This document shows positions 24,501 through 35,412 of a stretch of DNA of 64,000 nucleotides, in pieces; the first letter of the stretch is position 1, and each line of letters begins with the position of its first letter. The DNA is from Antechinus flavipes. Lineage: Eukaryota. The translations under genes and the position numbers were made by a program. The notes under the pieces were generated by a model. It saw only the letters and a list, made by a program, of their open reading frames with translations, ran no database searches and was not told the origin of the DNA. Where the stretch lies: NCBI RefSeq assembly GCF_016432865.1, contig NC_067399.1, positions 218,984,001 through 219,048,000 of the forward strand, written 5' to 3'.

Positions 24501-27494
24501 TGGATAGTTATAGTATCTTTGCTCCTATTGTCTTATTGTAATGTGAAGAAGAACCTGTATTCTGAACGCTATTCCAATGGAACACGATTTCTGGCAAGTT
24601 CTATTGAATGAAGAAGATTTTAAGTATAGGTCTTAAAATGAACTGCATGTTTGTTACCCAGATAAATTCACAGAGGCTTATTACCAAGTTATTTGTAGGA
24701 TGAAGAATTTGTCAGTAACTCTTGAAAAACATTTACTAAATTTTAGCAGGGCTAAGATCTGTTTTGGGAGAAAGAGCACCAAGAAAAGAGTAGAACTCTT
24801 TAGTGGTGAAGTGTGAAGTTTTTGCTAAGTGACTCAAGCTTTTCAGAACACTACAAAAGCTCATTAGTATCCAAAACAATTAGAAAGAGATTTGTCTAAC
24901 CGTCTACATAAAAAAAACTAAAGTGGATGAAAAAGCTATTATTTTTCTAGATCATGACATGTATGTAATAGAACCATCCATCAATATGTATATCCTGTAC
25001 AAGAATTACACTTTCTTATTTGACTTCTCCATTTTAGTCTCCTTTGCTGGATCATCATTTATCCTAAGTCTTTGTCCTAGGCTCTTTTTTCCCTGCAAAT
25101 TCCTTTGTTTAGCCATTATCATCATTGTTATCACCATCATTAATGACAATCAATCATAATTATCATATATCAAACTGACCCTGATATGTTTTTTAACCCG
25201 TCAAACAGAAATGTGTTATTACTGGTGGGGCTTTGAAAACTTACAGGCTTGTCTCAGTATCCTACAGTCTAAGACTGAAATCAGGAGCTCACTCTACTAG
25301 TACTCCCCACCTCACACAGGACTGCTATGAAGAATATTTTTTGGAAGCCTAAAACTATAGAGAAGTGCCAGTTCTTTGACTCTGAAGCCTTAATAACTGT
25401 GATAAATAAATGTTCTAAACATGGTTCTAAAGGTCTAATGATGAAGAATGCTACTATTATGCTGACAGATAATGGACTCGGGTTTAAACACGAGATACAT
25501 TTTTGGATATGATCAATTTGGGAATTTGTTTTGCTTGATTATGAACATTTATTATAAATGTTTCATTTTTGTTATCTTTAATGTGAAGGGAATGAGTAGG
25601 AAATAAAATAAATGCTTTGTTAAATGAAAAAAAAATAATTAAAAAAAAGTCAATTCTTGGTGATAACCTATGAGCTTGTTTTCTCATGGCTGAAGGCAGT
25701 GATACAAACATTCAGCCCACTTAGTTCACAGGTTGTTGTGAGGAAGGTGTCCTATAAATCTTTTTTTTTTTTTTTTTTTTTTACTTTGGTCTTCAACTTT
25801 TTCTTTTTCTTTTAATTTGAGTGTTCTATAAATCCTAAGGAGAACTAGAAACAGAACCAATTTTCTTTAATTTATAAAGATAGGACCTCCTGGGAGAGTT
25901 TGAGTCTGCAGGCTGGAGCAAAAGCCTCCCCTATATCATCCAAACCTGTGTTAAACATCCCTCCAAGGGGTCCTACCCAGAATTCCATGCTTTTACATCA
26001 ATGGAGAACCATTCGTCAGAGACTCACCCAACATTGAGAGCTTAGTTGTTCATTTTATAATCCACTCATCCTTGCTGGAAACTAAATCACTCCCCTGAAT
26101 GCACAGATCAATTTGCCTTCAAAATGCATTTGTCAGGTTTCTTTTCTTACCCAGCATGTTAAGCAGTCAGGGCTGTGCAGCCTTCTTTCCCCACAAATTA
26201 CATGTGTTTACAGAGAGGAAAAGATCAAATTAGAGTACAAAGCAAGGTGCACAACTGACAGAAAATAATAGGTTGAGTGGATTTTCTTCTACCTTGGGAG
26301 ATTAATGTTCTTCCATCTACTTCCCATTAGCATCGCAGATTGAAGAAAGTGTAAGATTATGGACACAAACTGTTTAGATTTGGGCTCTCCGAATGCCTTT
26401 GCATTCTATTTTCACAGTTGACTCTCCATCATCTGGCTAATGAGAAAAAGCAGGAGGCACATAGAATCATTGCATTATAGTATTTTACAGCTAGAAGGGA
26501 CCTTCAATCTCATCTAATAAAATCTTATTTTATAGAGGTAGGGGTGGGGAACTAAAGCCCAGGAAAGTAGTGACCTATCTAAGATTTTACAGTTCATCTA
26601 GATTTCTGACTGCACGGCTTCATGGAAAGAATACTGGATAGAGAGCTTCAAATTCTGTCTCTGTCACTTACTACTTGTGTGACTTAGACCAAATCATTCC
26701 TCTCAGGGTCTCATTCTTTTTATTCTGTAACATGATGGGGTTGGACTACATGGTCTCAAAGATCCCTTCCAGGTCTAAAATCTATGACCCTATGACTTCC
26801 AGATCCAATGTTCTTACCTATATGTAGAACCATCTCTCAAGAACAGAAAAAAAGAACTCCTTTAGTTACCCATTCAGGGTCACATGCATGGGCTCACTTC
26901 TAAATCAAGACAGTTCCTGCTTTCAAGGAGCTCACATTCTTAAGAGAGGATGATGCATATGGAAGGTGTCAGATGCAAGTCAGATGGAAAAGATTATATG
27001 GTCCCAAGGGTACACTGGCAAAGCAGATAGTAATGGCCATACTATCATTTTCACTGATAAAATCCTATCAGTTTCTTATACCATTTGACAGTACTTTGTT
27101 GGCAAGAATTTTAAGTAGCAGTGGCTACAGCACCCACAGAAGCAGTTGTCAGGTAGCATCCCTTGGATCCCTTGATATTTTAGCTAGGTAGGGGTGTCTG
27201 CCCCAAAGTGGCAGCTAAAGCAGTGGTACAGATGGGTGGCCCTTTCTCCCCAGAAGTTGCTTCCTTAAATAATGACTATTGTGGCTAGACTGGAAACTGC
27301 TTGAGTGGTTGGGGTGGAATCTGACACTCCAAAGGCTCTTTAGGAAAATAATCCTGCAAAGATACACAGTATGGATTGCAGTGGGAAGGGACTTGAAGTA
27401 GGACGATCAATTAGGAATCTAGGCAAGTAGTGATAAAGGTTAATTGTTTGGACAGAAAAAGAAGGGGATAAATATGAAAGATGTTGCTTTAGGT

Positions 27495-27686
27495 CAGGGG
27501 TCCTAAAACTTTTTAAATAAGGGCCAGTTCACTGTCCCTCAGACTGTTGGAGGGCTGGACTATAGTAAAAACAAAAACTTTGTTTTGTGGGCCTTTAAAT
27601 AAAGAAACTTCATTGCCCTGGGTGAGGGGGATAATCATCCTCAGCTGCCACATCTAGGCCATGGGCCTTAAGTTTGAGGACCCCTG
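27495..27686. mobile_element. Non-autonomous hAT MITE, OposCharlie1 (OC1)-like, 192 bp
   Basis: 16-bp TIRs CAGGGGTCCTAAAACT / AGTTTGAGGACCCCTG (15/16 match). Perfect 8-bp TSD CTTTAGGT at 27487-27494 and 27687-27694. Confidence 0.85.
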
Positions 27687-29329
27687 CTTTAGGTACAAAT
27701 ATCCACCATGCATATCTAGTCACTTAGAAGTGAAGTATGTAAAATTAGATAATACAAGAATTCAGTAAAAATAAAGGAAGCAACATAAAGGATGTCAACA
27801 GAAGCATACTCTAGGTGCCAAGACTGGTAGAGGCAATAAATGCTAACAGAATCAAGTCTTTGTGGACGGGGAGGATCACAGAAGGCTTCAGAGTATGAAT
27901 AATTGAGCCCAGAGGAGAACTAGGATTAATATCAAATGAGTGTGAACTGGAAGGTATCTTCAGTGTCAGAAAGCATCTTAGTTCTACCTTTCTAGTCCTT
28001 TCAAATTAATCCCATTCATGTACTCTATGTTAAAGTCAAACTAATGTTCTAGAAATTACCTGAATTTTCTGTGGTCTCTCATCTCTTTGCACCGGCTGTT
28101 TCTTGTAACTGAAATATTCTTACCTTCACGTCTTAGAATTCTTAGCATTTTTCAAGGCATGGCTTAAGGTGACCTTCTCTGAGAAGCCTTTCCTGATCAT
28201 CCCAGATGCTAGTGCTCTCCCTTATTTCTAATCATCTTATATTTACTTATTTGTGTAATTATCTTATTTCCCCCTTTCCACCCATCATCTTAAGATCCTT
28301 AAGGCCAAAGACTGTTTTTGTTTTGTGACCCAGTTCCTTTTGGGTAGTGGGCACTAATATTTGTGGCTGAATTTTATTGTCCAAGGAACTGATTCAAGCC
28401 CACATGTTCTAAATTCAAATCGAATGGTCTTCCCATTACATTGACAATGTAGAATGAAATAGGGTATTCCAGGCAAGAAAAATGGCATGAGAATGAAGAA
28501 AGGAGAATAGATCAGTCTGGCTGGAGTCAAGGGAAATGCCAAAAATTTGTGGCTTTGGGAATATCACTGACTTCCTCTGAGTTTTACTGGCCTCATCTTT
28601 AACTGGTGATAATAATACTTTGCTGTTAATGGAGTCCATGTGTGCCAAATAAACTAGCCTGAAGGTAAAGGGTGGGACTGGATGTTCTCTCATCTATCTT
28701 CCCAGACCTAAGATCCATGGTTAGTGATCTGTACTCCATGATGGATTCTGTTGCTGGTTTTTCAGACTGAGTTCATTTTAGAATTATCTCCTAAGTGACA
28801 CTGAAATCTCCTCACCAGAGCAGCTTTGTAAGATGGACGACCTACTCTAATTTTTATGGGGTCATTAATGGAATCCATGCATGCCAAATAAACCAGACAG
28901 CCTCCCATTCACTCCCAGTCACCCAGAGGGAGCAGCCTGCATGCATTTAACAAAGGGCCTGTATGAAATATTTAATAATAAGTATCTCATTTTCAATCTC
29001 TCCTGGAGTCTCTCAGACATAAGTCAGACAACCTTGCCAAGAGAAGAGATAGTGAAAGACATAAGATGGGGTGCCTTTCACCATTCACTCTGCCATTCAT
29101 TAATTAAACAAGCTAATGAACAAAAACTGGGTTGAACCTTCAAGTTTCTCAGCTTACTGGTGGAATCTGACTCCAGACAGCAAGTATTTCTGCAATAAAG
29201 AAAAATTGTAGCTCTGTTTATCAAAGAAATTATTGCCCTAATATAGTCATTAGAAATAAATTACAATTTTCTACTTCCTAGAATGTATTACTTTCATCTC
29301 TGAGGAAGACAGCACCCTGAGGAAAGAGG

Positions 29330-29330
<1 letters not shown>

Positions 29331-29372
<42 letters not shown>
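29331..29372. repeat. Compound (GT)n(AT)n microsatellite
   Basis: Seen directly in the sequence. Confidence 0.95.
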
Positions 29373-29374
<2 letters not shown>

Positions 29375-30649
29375 CTATTAGTGGAGGAGAGGGGAGGGGA
29401 TAGGAGGCATGGGCTATTTAGAGTGAAATGCATTTTATAATTTGCTTAAAAACCTTTACTGAAAGGCTGGAAGTGTTCTTAGAATGCAGAATATGTCAGA
29501 GCTTGAAGGGACATTAAAAAGAATAATGACTATTAGAACTGTGAGAGACCTTAGAACATAGAAAAATGAATGTAAAAGTAGGAAGGAAATTCAGAGATTG
29601 CCTAGTTCAAGATCTTTCTTTTTTTCTTTCTTTTTAAAACAGATTTCCTCAAAGTCACATAGCCAGTTAGGGGTAGTATTGGTACAACCTAGATCTCAAC
29701 TCCTGGTCCATCCAAATCAATTTATAACTGATTATAAACTTATAATTAATTTGTTTCTGAGAGCAAAAACAAATGAAAAAAATTCTAGCTCGACATGCTT
29801 AGAGGGAAGGAGAGAAATTTCAGATGTATTTACAATAAAAAGCTGTAATTTACATTTACCTAGAAACTGACCCATTTAGAAAGCACTTTATAACAAGTCA
29901 GATAATGTAAGTAATATTATCTCCCATCTTTTGGATGAGATTAAGTGACTTACATCTAGTCATACATCTAGTAAATGGGAGAAAGGGACTTGAACCCAGT
30001 TTTTCTGAGTTCAAGATCAATAGTTTTACCAACATGCCAAGTAGTTTTCACATCTTAGATGCCCCTCTCTGTCAGCTCCTGTATACAATTGTTGAATTAT
30101 TATCATGAAACTTGCATTAAGAGAACACCATTTAAAAACAACAAAACCAAAACTTTGTGTCACCTCAAAATTAAAGTCTCGCTACTATCTATGATTCGAT
30201 GTCGTTTCCTGCCTCTCTGATTTTGATGGTCTTGCCCAATAAAGTGCTCAAATAGCTTGTTAATCACAACAGAAAGCCCTGCTGATGGCTCCCAATTGAC
30301 ATTTCATTCCCTTGCTCTAAAATGCTTTTATCAAATACATTTTTCAGAAGCCTGATGGCCACTTCAGACTGAGAAACAATTGAAGCTAAAGAGAGATGGT
30401 AGGTGATAAAAGGAGGTAGGTGGAAATCCTGAAAAAGGAGAAAGATTTCAGTAGAAATTGGTTATCCAACCCTTTTAAAAAAACTTTTGCCTTAAAATGT
30501 CCATGTTAGGGGAGTAAGAAAAAGCTAGTCCCACCTATGTCTAAATCTCAGTATCACAAAGGGAGCAAAAATACATAGGCAAGAAGAGAGAAGAGGAATT
30601 TAGAAAACAAGAGGTTCAAGATATTCCTTCCTTGTATCCAGACTTCTAT

Positions 30650-31350
30650 TTTCCTTTCTTTAAAAATGTTTTATTGATACCCTATTTTTCTTCCTACATC
30701 AAAATCTTCCCCTAATGACACTCCCTCCTCCTCCTAGCCTCTCCCTGGTATATACCAAAAAGTTCTCCCTTGTAACAAGAATAGTCAAACAAAAGAAATT
30801 AACATACTGATCATATCTGAAAATACATGTCTCATTTCTTACCTATAGTCCACCACCTCTCTGCTATGAGGTATATGGTAGCATGCTTTTCTATCAGTCC
30901 TTTTTTTTTTTTTTAAATCCCCATCATTTGTCTTCCTAAGTTATAATTAGGTACTATATTGAACAATTCTAAAGTATTTCAATTTTATTCTCCTTTGTTC
31001 TGTTGTGGTCACTGTGTAAATTATTCTGTTTACTTCACGCTGTATTAGTTGATATAAATTTTTCCTCAAGTTTTCCTGAATTCTTCATTTCTCCTAGTAC
31101 ATTAATATTCCATTATATTCACAGATTCTAATTTATTTAGCTATTCCTTAAATGATAAGAAGATACTCTGTTTCTAGTTCTTTGCTGCTCCAAAATTTCT
31201 GTATACATGGGTTATTCACATGGGTTATTTTCATCTATCATCTTCAGGGAACATTTCTAGTAGTGGAATAGCTGAATCAAAGACTAAGTGTGGTTTAGTG
31301 CTATGGGGGAATTCCACATTATTTTTCACAACTTTTGGACCAATTCATAG
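30650..31350 (-). mobile_element. Old L1 3' fragments (minus strand)
   Basis: T-rich start followed by degenerate reverse L1 3' UTR / ORF2-end motifs. Similar fragments at about 21770-22200 and 53100-53600. Confidence 0.5.
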
Positions 31351-31499
31351 CTCCATTTATAATGCATTCACATGTTTGGCACATCAGAGGTACTTAATGA
31401 ATACTTGTTAACTTACCTGTCTTTTCAGAACTACTCTGCTATTTACCATTTTCATCTTTGTCATTTTGTCAATCTGATGTTTGTTAGGGAAAACTAGAC

Positions 31500-31870
31500 G
31501 CTCATCTTCCTGCCCTAATGTATCAGACAAGTAATCTTTCCAGGTGCAATCATATTTCATGGCAACATGAAGATATGAATATATTTTTCAGAATCTAGGT
31601 TTGCTTACATTAAAACATTAGAGCTGAAAATGGTTTAGAAAAACATTTCTCCTGCACATAGCACTGTGATCCAAATATTCTCTGGCTTACCATGTGGCTT
31701 TTGCCCCACAGGCCTGTAATGCAGGGCTGTGGCAAATGCCAGATCATGGACATATGAATGATCAGTCAAGTTCATGGACTTGGTTCACTTGAAGATGCTC
31801 CAGATGATTGCTATGCAACAGACCCTCCTCCTATTCTTGATCCACTTATAACAGTCTTGTGAAAGTCTTT
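31500..31870 (-). mobile_element. Degenerate RTE-clade LINE 3' fragment
   Basis: Resembles reverse marsupial RTE ends (catcttcctgccctaatgtatcagac...tgtgaaagtctttgaaaatctcc). Confidence 0.45.
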
Positions 31871-34477
31871 GAAAATCTCCAATCAACAGTCAATATAATA
31901 GTGTTTACTAAGCACCAACTATATGCCTAATTCTATCGTAGGGAGTGCAGTCAGGGTTTATACAAAAGATATATAGGATATTTATGGCATACAATTTAGT
32001 CAGGGAGATGACATGAAACAAAGATCAAGAAAAATATAAAATTTATATTATATTATTAATACATATTAGGTAACAAATTAATTAGGAGGGACTCTAAGGA
32101 CTTATAGTCATGAAGATTTGAATTCAAATCCTTCCTTAGGCTTTGTGATTTACTCTGCTTGAGTTTATCAGTAAAAAAAAGGGGGGAGAGAAACAATATT
32201 TTTGAGGGTTGTTGTGAAGATCAAATGAGATAATATTTGTAAAGCACTTTGCAAACCTCAAAGTTTATTATTAAATATAATTATGTGTTTATAATATTAT
32301 TATCATCATCCTTATTATTAAAGAATGTAGGAGTTCAGAAAAGGGTGAAAACACAGAGGATAGGTGTTTTCTGAGGAGGAGTCATGGAGGAACTTGGTCT
32401 TTTGATATCCCTTGATGGATGAGTAGTATTTGAATAGGTAGAGCAGAGAACATTTCACATCCAAAGAATAGTGTTGACTCCAACCAAAATTTCCATTAAT
32501 CCTCCATATGAAAGGAAAATAACTTTTGCTTAGCACCATTACCAAGGGATACAAAGAAAAACAACCCTGGTGTGATAGGCTATGCTTACAATTTTAATAC
32601 ACATTTCTCCTTGAGTAATATGGCTAATTTAGGTAAAAGACTGAACCCATGAAACTTATGTTCAATATGATATTCTTCAAGTTTCTTGTAAAGATAACTG
32701 ATTCCTGACTACAGGGCTACATTTCAGAATTGGAATCCTCAATGAGGGAATGAAAGAAATTTTGCATGCATTTACAAAAGCAGTAACTCATATTTGCATA
32801 AAAACTGACCATTTACAAAGCACTTTCTTTATAACAAGTCAGATAGTATAAGTAATATTATTTCCATTTTTCAAATGAAATTAAGTAACTGACAATGGAT
32901 CATACATCTAGTAAATAGGGAAGAGGAATCTGAACCTAGTTTTTCTGAGTTCAAGGTTTCATTCTATGTTAGTAAGACATGGTTACCTCTTTCTTACCTA
33001 ACTGTAAACGTTTATTTACACTGGACCTAAGGTAGTTCTACAAGATTTTGAGTCAAGGGAACTGGCTGATACTTATATGATCTTGGAAAAGTTAGACTCT
33101 AGGACTTAATTTCTTCCCTAGTAAAAAAAGAAAGGGTTGGGCCAGATTCATTTTAAAGTCCCTTCTAGAATTAAAGTTCATTATTCTGTAAGGGAATTCG
33201 AATTACACAATTATATGTGAACTCTATGTGTCTTCCATTGAAGTGAATATAGCTGTCAATTCAATATTGTCATTTAGTGACAAATGCTACCAAAATTTAA
33301 GGTTTTATTTAAAAACAGTTTAAAGCTAATTTTTTTTTAATTTCATGATGTAATTATGAATAGGATCTTTAGGATTTAGCCCATTTTTTTTTTTTTAAAT
33401 AACTATGAGAGTTGGCTTCACCTTTTATGTCGCAAGAATCCTTTTGACAGGCAATCTGGTGAAACTTACACAACCCTTCTCAGAATCATGAGTTTAAATG
33501 TACAAATCAAAATCCATTAGTTACAAGGAAAAGCAGTTCTATTGACATACAGTCATCAAAATATTAAATAAACAAGTTTATGGACCCCAGTAAAGAACAC
33601 CTAGTCTATATATGCCTTTTTTAGTTAAGAAATTGGGGAAGAATAATTCCATAATCAACAATTAGAGAGATTTCCTTTATTCTAAAGAAATAGAGGTCAC
33701 TTTTAAAGATCTTAATTTGGAAATAAGTCAGACTATAGAGTTTAGTTAGAATGATACTATCAAAATTGTTTACTTCCTAGTCATTGAGCAGCATGGCTGA
33801 CTTAATGCTAATGATTTCTTCCCAGCTCCCAGAAATATACAATTAACCCCTATCTTTCAATGGCTTATACCTTAGCCATGGCAATCCATCATGGTTTATA
33901 TCTGTTATCATCTGGACTGAACACTGTCTTTGATAGCTTGCCTGTACTTAAAATTTCTTGCTCACTGCTTGAGCTTTTTTTAATTTAGGGCTCTCCAAAA
34001 AAATACATTTTAAAAAACTTCCATGTATTACACAAAGCAAGGGAGCCTTGACAAGTAACTGTGCAGGAGAAAGAGTCCTTCAACTCATTAGGGCTAAATT
34101 CAATTTACTAATTCAATCACTTTATCCTTGTGGGTAGTTTGTTTCCTCTTTTGTAAAATGAAAGGACCCATCTCCATCAGCTTTAAGGTCTCTTCTGGCT
34201 CCAACATTCCATATGAGATATCTCCTATTTATGCATACATGATATACAATAATTAAAAGGTTAATTTTTAAAATAATAAAATTTAAAACAATATTATTTA
34301 TTAGGTTAATAATTAACCTAAAAAGGTTAATTTAAAAAGGTTAATATCAGATTGCTGCTGTCTTGGGGAAGGAGAATAGGGAGAAAAATTTGGAATACAA
34401 GATTTTGCAAAGGTTAATGTTGAAAACTATCTTTGTATGTACTTGGGAAAAAAATTCTATTTAATAAAAAGGTCAGG

Positions 34478-35118
34478 TTGCAGTGGCCAGAAACTGGAAA
34501 CTGAGTGAATGCCCATCAATTGGAGAATGGCTGAATAAACTGTGGCCTATGAATGTTATGGAATATTATTGTTCTATAAGAAATGACCAGCAGGATGATT
34601 TCAGAAAGTCCTGGAGAGACTTATATGAACTGATGCTGAGTGAAATGAGCAAGACCAGGAGATCATTATATACTTCAACAACAATACTATATGATGATCA
34701 GTTCTGATGGACGTGGCCCTCTTCAACAATGAGATGAACCAAATCAGTTCCATTTGTTCAATAATGAATAGAACCAGCTACACCCAGTGAGAGAACTCTG
34801 GGAAACGAGTGTGGATCACTACATAGCACTTCCAATCCCTCTGTTTTTGTCTACCTGCATTTTTGATTTCCTTCACAGATTAATTGTACATTATTTCAAA
34901 GTCCAATTCTTCTTGTGCAGCAAAATAACTGTATGGACCCGTATACATAGATTGTATTTAACACATACTTTAACATATTTAACACGCATTGGTCTACCTG
35001 TCATGTGGGGGAAGAAGTGGGGGGGAAGGAGGGGAAAAATTGGAACAAAAGGTTTTGCAATTGTCAATGCTGAAAAATTACCCATGCATATATCTTGTAA
35101 ATAAAAAGCTATTTAAAA
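34478..35118 (+). mobile_element. 5'-truncated L1: ORF2 C-terminus, 3' UTR and A tail
   Basis: Encodes ...RNWKLSECPSIGEWLNKLW.MNVMEYYCSIRND...LMLSE (L1 ORF2 end). AATAAA and A tail present. TSD AAAAAGGTCAGG at 34466-34477 and 35119-35130. Confidence 0.92.
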
Positions 35119-35329
35119 AAAAAGGTCAGGCATATTTCAAGATTCAAAAATAAGCCACATGTTCTCCCCATCTTACCTCATCCTCCTCAATAATACATAT
35201 GGCAATAGTTTAAATATTTGGAGTTAAAGACTAAAAAGTTGAGCTCATCAGCAACTTTCCATTTCTCATCTTAAAAGTAGTCAATCAGTTCATTCCTTAT
35301 ATACACTGTAAGAAAGTCAAGAAACTCAC

Positions 35330-35412
35330 TTGAATCCTTCTGAAGAGGAAAACTTTGAACTGCAATCCCAGTGGAGTTAAGGTGAGCTAGTTGAAAGAGC
35401 ATAAATGAGCCT
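35330..35412 (-). other. HPCAL1: Candidate non-coding 5' UTR exon of HPCAL1 (83 nt)
   Basis: Acceptor TTTTCATTTCCTTTCTACCTTTCTCCAG|AG and donor CAA|GTGAGT in non-repetitive sequence. As I recall, eutherian HPCAL1 has a similarly short non-coding exon upstream of the ATG exon; not verified. Confidence 0.5.

Noticed and set aside
31411-31419. Perfect minus-strand donor CAG|GTAAGT
   Set aside because: Lies at a junction of L2 and L1 remnants with no matching acceptor.
32998-33117. Possible MIR-derived 120-nt exon
   Set aside because: Typical antisense-MIR pseudo-exon pattern; nothing distinguishes it from background.
34255-34345. 19-bp palindrome TAGGTTAATAATTAACCTA and repeated AAAAGGTTAAT units
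   Set aside because: Explained by slippage and fold-back in AT-rich sequence; too short to infer function.
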